Positions 1 to 13,554 of a stretch of 64,000 nucleotides of DNA are shown piece after piece (positions within the stretch are counted from its first letter, which is position 1; the number at the start of each line of letters is the position of its first letter). Below the pieces are notes generated by a model that did not search any database, had not been told where the DNA came from, and saw only the letters and a list, made by a program, of their open reading frames with translations. The stretch lies in assembly GCF_001194135.2 (NCBI RefSeq), contig NC_068985.1, positions 91,023,434 to 91,087,433 on the forward strand. The letters run 5' to 3'. Source of the stretch: Octopus bimaculoides. Its lineage: Eukaryota. Position numbers and translations under genes: made by a program.

Positions 1-689
1 ACAAATGCAAAATTATATAGATTTTTAAATAATTCCACTCCATACATTTTGTCATACAAACAAAAAAAGAAAATATTCTTATCTCTCTATATTACGAGAT
101 ATCAACGCAAATTTATTCCGCTGAGATTAACCTGTCATCTAAATAATGAGCATCTGCATTGAATCCATAAAGAACACTTATTGTCATATTATATTGTGTC
201 TTATTAAAATAATTTATTCACATGCATTGTTTGGATGATTACAACACGCTCGTTTAGTTCACATTTAAATTAAGAATTTCTTCTTCTCATTATGCAGATT
301 ATTTCATAATAACATTACGATATATTAACATGATTACCATAACTTATACATGAAACTGCACACCTGTTGTAAATGATGTTGAATATTTATTTATGCCAAT
401 GTGTACGCATTTAAAAACCATTATCTATCTATAACAATAAATCAAATAATCTTAGCTCATGAACAAGTGAATTAACATTTCATATGATTTGCAGCAATAT
501 ATAGTCGCATGATCATATCCAGAAGCGATCAGTGTCCATGATTTTGGCATTTATCCTCGGAAGGGTCATATTGGCGTTGTTGGAGTTTCGTTGGAACTGT
601 AGCTGGAGACTAAATATTAAGCAAAATTACATAGATTTTATGAGATGGTTTGGAGAGAGTTGTATGGAGAGAGGTGTTAGTTTGTATCT

Positions 690-1160
690 ACTAGATTTGA
701 AACAGAAGAGAAGAAGCAATATCAGATGGATGCATCTTGGTGTAGTATCCTTTTATTTAGGATCTAAAAGTAGGTTTAAAAACATTTTCGTGCTCATCAT
801 GCAGAATACTGTGTATAGGAATAACGTCTTTCATTATGCAACCAGAGTATTTCTTTACGGGCTCCATCTTGAGGTTTGCACATGTTTAGGGCAAAAACAG
901 ACTGTAAATTGGATGGTGTATAGTTTGATGAATAAACGATTGTGGTATATAATGTGTTTGAACTACTAATTACGGCTTGGAATACTCAACCTGACATGTG
1001 GTGAACATTTTTCTTTTCTTCTGCAATTGATATGCTATGTGTTCGCTATTACAGCGAAACCGTTTACCAACAATGTATAACATCATGCATGATGCAACTT
1101 TTTCCAGGGCATCACATTTGAAATTGACATTTTGTCTAATGACACCGCTGTGCCTCAAAG
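690..1160 (-). mobile_element. Highly decayed Penelope-like (GIY-YIG endonuclease) remnant
   Basis: Minus-strand frames give FKCDA...RFRCNSEHIAYQL (resembles F.C.S.N.IY of the PLE GIY-YIG domain) and, further on, IPIHSILHDEHENVFKPTFRS*IK (resembles the C-terminal EN.FI..F.P.LN). The central YIG part is not recognisable and there are many stops. Confidence 0.35.
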
Positions 1161-4100
1161 AACTAGTTAAATCCGTATGATTTTATGAGATTTCATTCGC
1201 TTTTTCATTCATGTTGCCACTTTCCTAGGACAATTGTGTTCATTTTCTTGTTTCATTTTGTCAAATTTAACTATATCTTATATCTATGGAGAGTGGAGGC
1301 TAGAATGTATCTTATGGTAATTATCTTTACATCATGAATTACAGTAGAAATTCTCTTTACACTGATATTTAGACTATTAAAAAATATATTCTTCTTTCTT
1401 TATTTCACCAACATATTTAAAGAGATTACATATCTAGAAAGAGAAAATTTTAAGGATTCTTTGTGTTGTATAGCAGTTGCGGATAAAAGGGATCGGATGC
1501 TGGTTTCAGATGTATCACATACTTGCGAAAGCAAAATCCCTAAGATATTTTCGAGCCTTTTGTCCTTGAATATAAGCTGTTACCCTGCTCGTTTCCTTTG
1601 AAAATGAGTCACTGTATTCTGGTATTATCCTACATATCCTATCAGTTTATCCAATGCATATTTATGTTTCAAACATATCTGAGTTTCCTGCTGAATATAT
1701 ATTATCATTTTCGTTTCATTTCCCGTTTGGACACATCATTATCTCCAACATTATATATTTCCTCTGTAAAGAGGGACCACGCAAGTATTGTTTGCCAGTT
1801 CCATAGTAGGACGTGGTAACAAGCTTTTCATGTTGTAAGCCCGTCCAATTGTGATAATCCTGACACATATTTGTCGATCAGATTAATAGCACAATTACGA
1901 TGAAAAAACGCAGCACCACGATTCATATGCGTACGAGGTTGCTTGCAACATTGTAATCCCTAATTTCAATGACATCTATTGGATGCCATGCCGAAAACCA
2001 GGCGTATATGTTCTCTGTAACTTCACGATTAATAATTGCTTTTATTGCCAAAAGGCAAGGCTGCAAACCAAGTTGTTACTGCTTACGCCTTTCTATATCG
2101 TTCCACTCCCTCGATGATTTGGTGGCATGTATACAATTTTGCAGAAGCTCTGTCAGGTCATGAGTGGCAAGTTACTTTTCTTATGCTAAATTCTGTCATC
2201 TTTCATATATCAATTTCATAGCTATCGCAAAATCTAGAAAGTAATTTTACATTCTATAATAATCCTTAACAACAGTTTGTGAACTTCTCATTGGCACATT
2301 GCATAAATACGCAACCAAGACGCCGGATCAAATATTCTTGCTCCCGCGCTAGAATAAAAATGCAAATGAAAATTGTTTATAGCAAAACCTAGCTACCATA
2401 CGAATACGAATTTTGTTTTATATAAATCCAGATATGGTGACACATCAAGCTGAATATCATATGTGAGTCATCACAATAGCTACATACACCTCGGGTGAGG
2501 GCTTTGTGCATGATTTTGGTAATGGATCAATTCACTGTTAGAAACATTATCATAATTTCCGGATGTAGTACATTTAGCATGTTACCGCTTTATATTTGGG
2601 ATGCCGCAACAGTCATTAACCTACAAGATTGATGGTTTTCATTGGAACTCAAGGGAATGATTGATACGCATGTGATAAATTGGTTACTCTTGTCGTGTTT
2701 GCCAATTTTTATCGTTAGAAATGCATTTAATTCAGTAATTGCGAAGGCCTGTATGTTTCGATACCTATGAATGGTGAAGCAAGACAGTATTGATCACTAT
2801 TGATGAAATTTAAGTGGCCGTTATCTGCACCACACGCACATAATCACTTTCTAGGATGTGTGCCGAGAATTTGGATCGTGTGTTTTCTGTAAACTGGATG
2901 TAGCAGGGAATATAAATCCACATGAGTTCACACAATTACTTTACATGGTATTGTATTTATATCTTTCAGATATACATATAATAACATCAATTGTTTCCGA
3001 CAAAGTAGATATTGAATAGTTTCAAAGGGAAGTATAACGAAACTGATAGCAGAAATTATAATTCGTCGACTAAGTATAAATCTTTCCTTCACTGAACATC
3101 TGGTTCTTCTCTATTCATTTTTTGCACATTGTACATGAAATAGCATAATTCAGACATACATCGTCTACAGGGGGATTCATTTTCTATCTTTGGCTATTTA
3201 GAATTGGATTTGAAGAGCAGCTGATCTAATCAATTAATGACTAAATGATGGTAATGTTAAATTTGAGAGCCTACATGTCAAGTGTATGTGTATATATATA
3301 AATATAGACGTACGCACACGCACACACATACTTATATATGTATTTTGTACAAACACCCATGAATACAAATATGCATAGTCGCTCAACGTCACTTACATAC
3401 ACTGATACACATCAACTTGTATATTGGATGTGCTTCTAATTAAATGGCCAAAAGTGTATTATGCTAACGATGATCCATTATACAACTTCCGGGTCTGGAT
3501 CAGAAAACCTCATGTGCTTCTAACATGTCTGTCATATACGATTATGTGAATGACAATTTGCGTAGAAGACAGTTGCAGAAGGAGGAAACAGACTCCCCGT
3601 CTACTCCCCCACAACTCGTGATTTATTTAAAAACCTAGAAAAGTCATCTGTTAATTTACACATTTGCTCAATAGCAATACGCTGTCTTTTAAATTGGTTC
3701 AAGGCTGCTGACATCACATTTCTCTGTGAAATTCCTTTTGCAGACAAATATTGCTTTAATCAAGATATGCAATGATTTTGAGTCAGTTTTGATTATTTTC
3801 ATTTTATGACTTCAGGAAATATCAAAATATTAATTTATTTAGTTATCTTTTACTAATCCAATATAAGTATGCAAAAGTTAAATTAGAATATAAACTTGAA
3901 CCATTATGTTCAGTTCACTGAAACATTGATGCAAATAATATTTTGTCGCTCTCTCACGGAACCTTTATTTTGCCATATACGTTCATACAACTTAAAGCTG
4001 ATCAATAAATTTCTGCATGTCTTGAGATCTTATATTTTAGAAAAACGAAGCTGTTAGAGAATATTTGCGAAGTGTTGTGGAATATTTAGGTTCACATATA

Positions 4101-4304
4101 ATAATAAAGAAGAATTAAAGTGATATCCATGCAATATCAACACCCATCATAAGATATTAAGTAGGGCGAGTAGGAGTAACCACACAAAGAAAGGAAGGTA
4201 GATAGATAAACAAGGAAGAGCAATTCGTTTGTGATATTTTTTCTTCGATTTTTAATTGTCACAAACATGTTAAGTTTACTATTGCAGAGATATTTAGTTT
4301 GACG

Positions 4305-4570
4305 CATATTATAAGGGAATCAGGAATGTAATTATTTACATTATATACATTTGACGGATATTTGGTCTCTTCTTAATTGTTGTTAACGCAACGTTTCGGC
4401 TGATATACCCTCCAGCCTTCATCAGGTGTCTTGGGGAAATTTAGAACCTGGGTTCTCATTCCTAAGGTATTTTTCGTTGGTGTTATTATCACTATTATTA
4501 TTCTGGTCACTGACTGGAGTCGAACTAGGAATCTTGGTGTTAGTAGCCCGCGCTCCTAACCACTACACCA
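4305..4570 (-). mobile_element. tRNA-headed SINE-like element with hammerhead motif, copy A
   Basis: Minus strand: TGGTGTAGTGG A-box, tRNA-like arm GGGCTACTAACACC, B-box-like AGTTCGACTCC, (AAT)-rich linker, then ggaatgagaacccaggtt...ccccaagacac, hammerhead core and A-rich 3' part. Colinear with the copies at 42.3 kb and 51.3 kb. Confidence 0.85.
4385..4430 (-). ncRNA. Minimal type-I hammerhead ribozyme motif (copy A; core intact, one stem I mismatch)
   Basis: Minus-strand RNA GACAC CUGAUGA A GGCUG GAGGGUAUAU CAGCC GAAAC GUU GCGUU: CUGANGA and GAAA core, 5-bp stem II, self-complementary ACGU in place of stem III, NUH = GUU, stem I 4 of 5 pairs. Confidence 0.65.
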
Positions 4571-4613
4571 AAATATATTAATAAGCTATATAATTCACTC
4601 CATAATTGCCCAC

Positions 4614-4765
4614 GGGCATGTGGTGTAGTGGTTAAGAGCGCAGGCTACTAACCCCAAGATTCCGAGTCCGATACCAAGCAGTAATCTGAATAATAATAAT
4701 AATAATAACAACAACAGTTTTGAAATTTTCCCAAGACATAATTCCTCATCTCTTAAATATAGAAC
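4614..4765 (+). mobile_element. Internally deleted copy (D) of the same tRNA-headed element, hammerhead module missing
   Basis: Head TGGTGTAGTGGTTAAGAGCGCAGGCTACTAACCCCAAGATTCCGAG, then (AAT)n, then ttttgaaattttcccaagac joined directly to the 3' terminus ataattcctcatctcttaaatatagaac, which is also seen in copy B. Confidence 0.8.
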
Positions 4766-6604
4766 AGGAATGCAATTGTTGTTTGAATGTAACTTAAGTT
4801 GGATTCATTTCTAGTAGCATTCAGCAGCTTCACATCCGTAATTGATATTATTTCAAATATTTTCTGAAACAATCCAGCTTAGCAATTTAGATATATGAAT
4901 GGTAATACATTTATTTATTTATTTATTTACAATACAGGAATTACGATAATATTTAATATACATCTAAATAAATTCTGAAAGTAATTTCATCGCAATTCGC
5001 TACTTCATGAATGATATGCCCTTTGTACCCCAGATCTGTTTCATACATACATACACACCCTCCCAGCTCGCCTCTTCCTTTTCTCTCTCGTTACAGTTTA
5101 AATCAGCGACAGTTAGGAGAATACGCTGATGACTGTATTTTTGCCATTTTTACAAATTTCAACTACCATGTAATGATGTGTCTCTATTTCAGCGGCCGGC
5201 CTTAGTGTCAACATCAAAGTGAGAAGGTGTTGCTGCTTATGAAACAAATCCTAACTGAAGCATAAATACAACACGTGAGGCCAACATAATCGAAAGGGTG
5301 AACAGAACGAAAGAAAGTCATTTTATTTATCTGTGAAGTTAAAAAAGAAACATACGTTTTCACGTGGATTAAGCCACACTACGAACAAGGTTACCTGCAG
5401 AGGCTGAAATGACAACTGATGTTACTCCGCCTAATGAAGGGATAACCTGCATGAAAATTATAGCGCAGTCAAAATATAATGCAAGAAAGCGTGGTGAATT
5501 AACTGAAAGATATTAACGAAATGAAAATAGTTGCTCGATTTCTAAAATATAAGTAATAGTCGTGCATCGGTACAATCGTTATTAATATGCCACAAGAATT
5601 GAAGAACTCCATTTAGGTAAACAAAACATTCTACTATTACTGAACAGTGGCATTCGAAATCAAGTGAGACTTCCACCGATACACAATGAGTTTATGTAGT
5701 AAAAGGAGATTAGAAAACATCATATAAGGGTATGATATATGTATTCTGATATAACACACAATAACAGTGATCAGCTTCTTATTGTATGAAGTTCAACTCT
5801 CTATAGGAAATTATTATCATCGTATTTGCTGGATGATGAAATGAGATCCAAAATTAATCTTCTCTATAGCAGAATGGTGCTGTGAATTAAGCCCATTTAC
5901 ATAAATTAAATAATCAGGCAGTACGCTTGGTTTAATCATGCGTTAAAAGTACACTTCTACAAAGACAGTTTTTGCTGCAGTAACACTAATATTATGAAAT
6001 GGCTTGGATATTGTTGTTTTTCTATGGATGAGACTTCATATTCACTCACCGGAATGAATTGCTTCTAAACAGCAACGGATTTTTGACCTGTGAGGTGAAC
6101 TACATTTCGTTATAGTTAGTAATGCATAAGCTTCTCAAAGATTAGCTTTTCTTTTCCAGTAGCATAGTTCACTGTGTTAAAAGAATTCAAAATTTGTTTG
6201 TGGTTGGAAGAAATGCTCTGTATTTCGTCTGAGGAATCTATGAGGCACTGAACAAGGTCGTAATTATTGTTCTTGCATATGACTAAGATATAAACAAAAT
6301 TAACAGCTCATTAAAACTGATTCAAAGCTAAAAATGAAGCTGCTGTTTATAATACTGTGAAATCCGATTAAAATATCACATGCTGTATCGATTTCTAAAT
6401 CAATATAACACGCTATATTATTTTAATCAGTTTTATCTTTAGTGTTCTTTAGGTTTGTAATATTCACAAATGGAGTTGTTTTTAAGCAGTGTAGTTTGGT
6501 GCCTGTCTTATAGAGTCATGTTAATGAGTACAGAATATTTAACAAACTTATGAATTGAAGATAATTATATGAACGACTACTATAGTTATTCTATTTTTTC
6601 TTTC

Positions 6605-6969
6605 GTTCTTTTATTTGTTTCATTCATTTGACAGCGGCCATGCGGGAACATCGCCTTTAGTCGAGCAAATCAACCATAGAACTTATTCATTGTGAGCATG
6701 GTACTTATTCTATCGATATCTTTTGCTGAACCGCTATGTTACGGGGACGTAAACACACCATCATCGGTTGTCAAGCGATGTTGGGATGAGAGACANNNNN
6801 NNNNNATATACATATATATATATATATATATATGTATTTATATATATGTATCGACTACCAAATCCATTCACAAGGCGCTGGTCATCCTGAGGTTATAGTA
6901 GAAGACACTAACCCTAACCCCATGCGGTTGGGAAGCAAGCTACTTACCACACATCCACTCCTGAGCCTA
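6605..6969 (-). mobile_element. tRNA-derived CORE-type SINE (abundant family), spans a small gap
   Basis: Colinear with the copy at 29360-29772: tcatttgacagcggccatgc...ttgtcaagcgatgttggg and ccaaatccattcacaagg...agtagaagacac...gctacttaccacacatccactcct. Confidence 0.85.
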
Positions 6970-7346
6970 TGAATTGAAAATAATCATATCAACATCAATT
7001 GTAGTTATTGTATGCTTACGATTTTTTGAGAAATGCTTTCTAGTTTCCGTTGTACGAATTAATAGCATCAACAAATAAATGAAAAGTTGACTCTATAACC
7101 ATTTCGGCGATAGGCATATGTTTGATTAGAACTAAATGTTTATGATTAAATTGCCAAATGTTTTATTCTGACACTTATTAGTTTAAAAGCTATACGAGGC
7201 ATATTCGCCTTGAAAAACAAATGAACGCAAGGACCAAGTTAATATATAACAATTGAACCACGAAAGAAACATCCATTGCTTAATAGCAAAGTACTGGAAT
7301 TATTGACACACACACACATACACACACACACACACATTAATATATA

Positions 7347-7805
7347 GGTACAGACGTGAATGTGCGTTAATAAACTTGCCTAATATCTACATGTTTCCAG
7401 ATTCAGTCCCATCGCGCGGTACCTTGGGTAAGTGTCTGTTACAATAGCCTCTGGCAGACCAAGGCCTTATAATTGAATTTGGTTGGCAGAAACTCAAAGA
7501 AGTCCGTCGTATATATATATATATGTATGTATTTAAATGTATGTGTGCGTGTTTGTGTGTGTGTGTGTGTATGTGTGTGTGTGCGTGTTTCTGTGTGCCA
7601 GAGTTTGTTTACCACCACCGCTTGACAAAGCGTTTTGCCGTGTTTATGTTCACGCAAATAATGGTTCGGTGAAATTTAAAGACTAAGAACCAGCATTTTA
7701 ATAAATAATTGCTGGGATCGATTAATTGGACTCAAAATTCTGCAAGGCGTTGCTCCAGCATAGCCGCTATTAAATGACTGAGACAAACGTAACATAAAAC
7801 ATAAA
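7347..7805 (+). mobile_element. Diverged tRNA-derived CORE-type SINE
   Basis: ttcagtcccatcgcgcggtaccttgggtaagtgtc (CORE-like), ...aagaagtccgtcg, (TG)n linker, then ccaccgcttgacaa...gctccagcatagccgctattaaatgactgagac; reverse-complement match to the minus-strand copies. Confidence 0.8.
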
Positions 7806-9660
7806 ATATATATCTACAATGACATGGCTTAGGCAAGATTTGTCATAAACTGGATTTCTGAGAGTATATCTGAATTATAAGAAAATAACGTGGCCGCTAT
7901 TAGATACACTCAGGGAGAAAATTTGTTAGGGATGCGTGCACGAAATCTTTCCCAGTAGCTTCAAGTTGGAACGCTAGATGTATTTATGGCTCTATGCGAT
8001 TCTTGAATAGCGAGTTATCACAGCCAGCGTGTTTAGGTGAAATCGGTCACCACTGCCTTATACGAAAACACATGTCCATTTGAGATGTACATATACAGCA
8101 ATAACTTTTGATCCTAATGATATGTTATACTTATATTAACTTCTATTGAAAATAACAGCAATTTATTCAGTGGAGCAGCTACATGTAATATACACCCAAA
8201 GACAAACTTACACACATATGTAGAAGAACAAATAGCAAGAAATACCATTAGCAACTTATTCATCCTTTTCAATCGATTCATTATCATAAGTTTATACAGC
8301 CCACTCCACAACACAGGGTCGTATAAGCCCAGAAACAACAAACAAAAACGAAGCTAAAACTTATGTGAATTATATGGATTATCAATTTTCGAATTGCCCA
8401 GTCATGTACAGAGATTCTATAGTTTCGGATGCGTCATATCTGTTATAATACATAAGCTGTTCCCCTCTAAAAATAATAAAATAAGATAAAGTGCATCGTA
8501 TCAGAAAAATGATTTTGGAAATTATTCTAAAATTTTCTTTGTGCCCGGGAGAATAGGATTAGAAAAAGAATTATTGTTTTTGATTGTAGGAGAAAAAAAA
8601 TATAGGTTATTTGCAGATATAATGCATGATAACATTAGGAGTGTTTGACAAGTTAAGATGAAACGAGGTTATCTTGGCTAAGGTTCCATTCGCACAGTGC
8701 TGTAAAAAATTACCGATGTTGCTATCTTGAGGTGTTTCTGAAAATATGTTATTTTTTCTATCTCTCTCCCATCCCCTCTCACCCCACCCATCTCTCTCTC
8801 TTTCATTGTTTTTCCGTTTTTGTTTTACCGAGAAGGGCGAAGCCTTTTTTTCTTCTCTCCATAAATAATACGTCAAAAATATTGCTATAGTTTTATATGG
8901 TTTTGAAGAGAGGAATTCTGCAGGATATTTTCACGGCCCTGTATCGCATTATTATTAACATCGGTAAATACTGGTCTACTTGCATGCCCGTACCAATTAA
9001 TTTGGTTATCATTTCTAACATCTTACTTGTTTTTATAGAACTGCATCTTACTATTATATTTCTTGTTTGATAGTTTTAGGTGCAGCTATCTGAAGGGGAT
9101 GTGTTTATCGGTTACGTAAAATAAATTTCTAGAAATGTTCACGTTTCGCAGCGAAGTGATTGTCAAGTTGATAATATACTGGATTATGTTTCAATATAAG
9201 AAGTAGAATATATGTGATTTTTGAAAGTGTATCCATTCTACTGCAAGGGGTTTAAACGCTATTGTAATAAGGCAGGCGCCTTGACGCAGATTCATATCTC
9301 AGATTACAATTTCGAAATCAAGATAAGATTATTGGTTTCAAAATACTTAAAGCTATATTTACGTGCGTTTATACTTACACATATATATTTGTTCCTTTTC
9401 TGTGTGTATATGCACGTTGTCGTGTTTGTATATGTGTGTGTATGTAGCTGTGTGTGTATATACTTTATATATATATATATATATATATATTTGTGTGTGT
9501 CTTTGTATATATATTTATATATAGTCATATATGCACATGTACGCACACCCACACACCTAAATACATACTTACATACAAACATATCTACGTACAAACAAGC
9601 ATATATGTATGTGTGTGATTTTGTGCATATACCCATGAATGTGGGTACATATGTATAGAA

Positions 9661-9692
<32 letters not shown>

Positions 9693-11079
9693 NNNNNNNN
9701 NNNNNNNNNNNNNNNNNNNNNNNNNNNNNNNNNNNNNNNNNNNNNNNNNNNNNNNNNNNNNNNNNNNNNNNNNNNNNNNNNNNNNNNNNNNNNNNNNNNN
9801 NNNNNNNNNNNNNNNNNNNNNNNNNNNNNNNNNNNNNNNNNNNNNNNNNNNNNNNNNNNNNNNNNNNNNNNNNNNNNNNNNNNNNNNNNNNNNNNNNNNN
9901 NNNNNNNNNNNNNNNNNNNNNNNNNNATATATATGTATATATATACACAGACAATATTGTTCTCATCATTTTCACAATATGATTGCACGCACAGACAAGC
10001 GCACTTGCACACATTCACACGATCACAAACATATACACGCAAATATATGTATGTATATATTCACACATGAATGACACGCTGATACATAATAGAGATGCTG
10101 GTATACACACTTGCAACATTTCGTCTACATTGCACCTTACATCATATATGGATCCTAATGTCCTGTTATTGCTTATAACATAATCTTGCAAATGTTATGT
10201 TTTCACTTACTGAAAACAATGGTTAAAGGGTAAAATCACAATATGCATTTCTTGGACAGGATCTACATTAATCCCTGATCTGATTCATGAGGATTTTATC
10301 TGGCTTTATAATTATCTAAATCTAATATAGGGTAAGCGTGGAGAATATTGTATTTAAATAAATGTTGCTCTGTTATTTTAATGAATATTATTTCACCAGT
10401 GCAAAATAGGATCTCGTTGCGAACGTTATTTTCACAACGTTTGTATATTCCACTTTACTGGTTTCCTACATTTGTGAAATAATAGACCTGTGCCTTTTGT
10501 TTATAATTTGAAATAACAGATACACACATCATCTAAATAAAAAATTATGAGTAAATAGCACTTCAAAACATTTATGTATGTCGTCTAATGTCTACAAAAC
10601 TTGAAGTCTAGTAACGGACGTCGACTCTTCGATATGTAAATATATTTGTACACAGCAAAATCAATGGCCAGAGGAATATTATCCAAAATCTCGTAATAAC
10701 ACTGAGTTAGTACACTAGCACACCCATTATTAGGATGATTTTTATTATGTACTTATTTCAAAGAAATCATACCACCTGCCAACTAAATCAGAAATAAACA
10801 CAAACATCGTCATTCTAAATTATTTGTTATTCAAAGATAACGAAAAAGCCTGCAGTAATATAAATCGTCGTATTATTCTCTCAGTAAATCCTTATATTTT
10901 TTCGTAAATATTGTTTTTCTTTTCTGTCAGTATTGTATTTTATTTTCACCTTCATATTGTTTTGCATTGCTATGATTCTTAGGATCTATTTTGTCTATAT
11001 CAAACTGAGTTTACCTCATCTTCTTTTACAAACAAATAATCATTCTGACAATCATCATCGTTTCTATTTAAACACATTC

Positions 11080-11127
<48 letters not shown>

Positions 11128-12899
11128 CACACACGCACACACACACACACANNNNNNNNNNNNNNNNNNNNNNNNNNNNNNNNNNNNNNNNNNNNNNNNN
11201 NNNNNNNNNNNNNNNNNNNNNNNNNNNNNNNNNNNNNNNNNNNNNNNNNNNNNNNNNNNNNNNNNNNNNNNNNNNNNNNNNNNNNNNNNNNNNNNNNNNN
11301 NNNNNNNNNNNNNNNNNNNNNNNNNNNNNNNNNNNNNNNNNNNNNNNNNNNNNNNNNNNNNNNNNNNNNNNNNNNNNNNNNNNNNNNNNNNNNNNNNNNN
11401 NNNNNNNNATATATATATATATATATATATATAATGTCTATCTATTAAGGTCATGCATTTGTTAAAAATTACGAACTTAACATTTATTGCAAGGGAAATA
11501 TGGTAAAGCGGTAGACTACGGAATTATCAATTGTATGTAATCAACATATGAAAGAAAATAAGACGTACTGCTTCAAATTGCCTACGCTAATAGATAAGAC
11601 AACATGGCATGGTATGTAAAATACCACCTAACCACCATGTGCAGGATAGAAAATTGCATTGTACAAGCACTAGAGAATGGATGAAACTGAAAGTAGGAGG
11701 ATAAAGAAATGAATGCATGGAGAATTTCATAGGGATGGGAAAGATAAGTCAGACAGAGAAACATTATGGCTTTGGATTACTAAAAGTGATTTAAAAACCG
11801 GAAACGGCGGCTCTAATCTGTGTTTTCCAAGAGCAAGCACTAAGAACAAACTACATAAAATACAGAATAGTCAACACATCAAAAAGTGATAAGTTCAGAA
11901 CTTCTATACAAAATTGTGAAACCGTATGATATATAAGCAAATATGTGATATTGCACAGACTATTTGCTGTACCCCATATTTGCACCAAGCCAAACCAATG
12001 GACATGATAAGACTCCCAATCAGTTAACGTCAGAAACCTTGACAGCCACTGCCTGGTTATCATCATCATCATCATCATCATCAACACTATTACTGTTTTT
12101 ATTTTTATTTTCATTGTTATCATCCATATTATTATTAGTATTATTATTGTTAATTTGTTTTAAAATATAATACTTAAATCGAATTTAAGGAACCAGCTGT
12201 TAGATATTCCCATCTGCAGGGCATTAAAATTGCGCTATTTCTATAAGTTTCATGAATGCCCGCGGTAGAATTACATAATGTTTTGACATTTCTATACAAC
12301 GCATTTCGAACGTATTTTTTTTTTTTTTTACGTTTTCGTTTCACACCGCAACACGATTACATAGCAATTGTAAACCACCAAGTGTTGTACCCTACCTTAA
12401 CGTTTTACGAATTTTAGAATAAGAAACGTTTTACCGTTTCCATAGTTAAAACGTGTATTTCAAAGTATACTTATTTGACAGCCTACATCTCAATAAGTCT
12501 CGCACAGAAATTACTACTTTTTATATTGCTTTTTTCGCCTTTACAAAAGATGAATTGATATTGAGATTCTAGCCTGAAGTCTTGTTTGTTTTCTCAACTA
12601 ATAATGAGGGAAAAAATTGCTAAGTACGCTTGAGAAGATGTTCCTGCAACATGATTCTGGCTAATCTTTGAAAATATCGTAAAATTCTACAAAATAGTCA
12701 CAGTAAGGTATTATTAATTATCAGCATGACTCGCAAAGCGAGGAATCTCGTTACAATAAGTGGTCAACTAAGTAACAATATTTCCATGATAAATGAATAT
12801 GTGTTTATATATGTATCTATATCTATATATATCTATCTATCTCTCGCTCTTTATACATACATACGTACATTCACGCACACACATACACACGCACACACA

Positions 12900-12980
<81 letters not shown>

Positions 12981-12984
<4 letters not shown>

Positions 12985-13370
12985 CATGTACCACATACTC
13001 GCGTTGTTTTATTTACCCGTGTCTTTTCTTCGGTTTTTGGGTTTAACTATTTACTACTCACTCATACGGACCACTGTCCTTCCGATTGGCATTGGAGTTA
13101 CCTTATTCATTTAGAGTATTCAATTTCTGCACCTTGATTGTGAATCATTACAATTTTTCATTGACTTTTCCCATTTAACTCGTTTTCCCTCGACCTATCT
13201 TCTGTTATACTTCCACTCTCTGTCATATTCGTCTCTCTCTACTTTCCTCTGTCTCCTATTCTGAAGAAGAACTTGGTTCGAAACGTAAAACTCACATTTT
13301 TTCCTTCTTTGAGCGTATGTTAAAACATTGCATGTACCACGTCCTCGCATTGTTCTGTCTTTTTCTTATT
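12981..13370 (+). mobile_element. ~346-bp partial-tandem element (Penelope pLTR or retrozyme-like) with 28-bp direct repeats
   Basis: attgcatgtaccacatactcgcgttgtt (12981-13008) recurs as attgcatgtaccacgtcctcgcattgtt (13327-13354), 3 mismatches. Pyrimidine-rich body with a hammerhead-like core at 13261. Confidence 0.55.
13256..13292 (+). ncRNA. Hammerhead-like motif (core and stem II intact, stem I weak)
   Basis: CUAUU CUGAAGA A GAAC UUG GUUC GAAAC GUA AAACU: CUGANGA, 4-bp stem II, GAAA, ACGU palindrome, NUH = GUA; only 2 bp of stem I can form. Confidence 0.45.
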
Positions 13371-13459
13371 GTGTTTCTTCCTTTTAATTAGATTTAAAAT
13401 ACACACAATCATGCATATTTATATATAAATGTATACATGTATATACTTTTACATGTGCG

Positions 13460-13490
<31 letters not shown>

Positions 13491-13554
13491 AATATGTACC
13501 CACATTTATGGGTATATGCTACAGTAGCATCTACCCTACATATATATGTTAAGC

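Noticed and set aside
1800-2900. Possible decayed Sola-like DNA transposase on the minus strand (GTHPRK*LCAC, IQ*M-HW..QAT)
   Set aside because: Only short motif resemblances that need several frameshifts; a profile search is required.
5380-5700. Possible Penelope RT remnant (TTDVT-PPNEGI, CIGT)
   Set aside because: Key RT motifs are incomplete and the similarity is within chance.
6908-6921. Telomere-like (TAACCC)2 at a deletion inside a SINE
   Set aside because: Only two units, and explicable as a mutated gaacccggaacc from the SINE itself.
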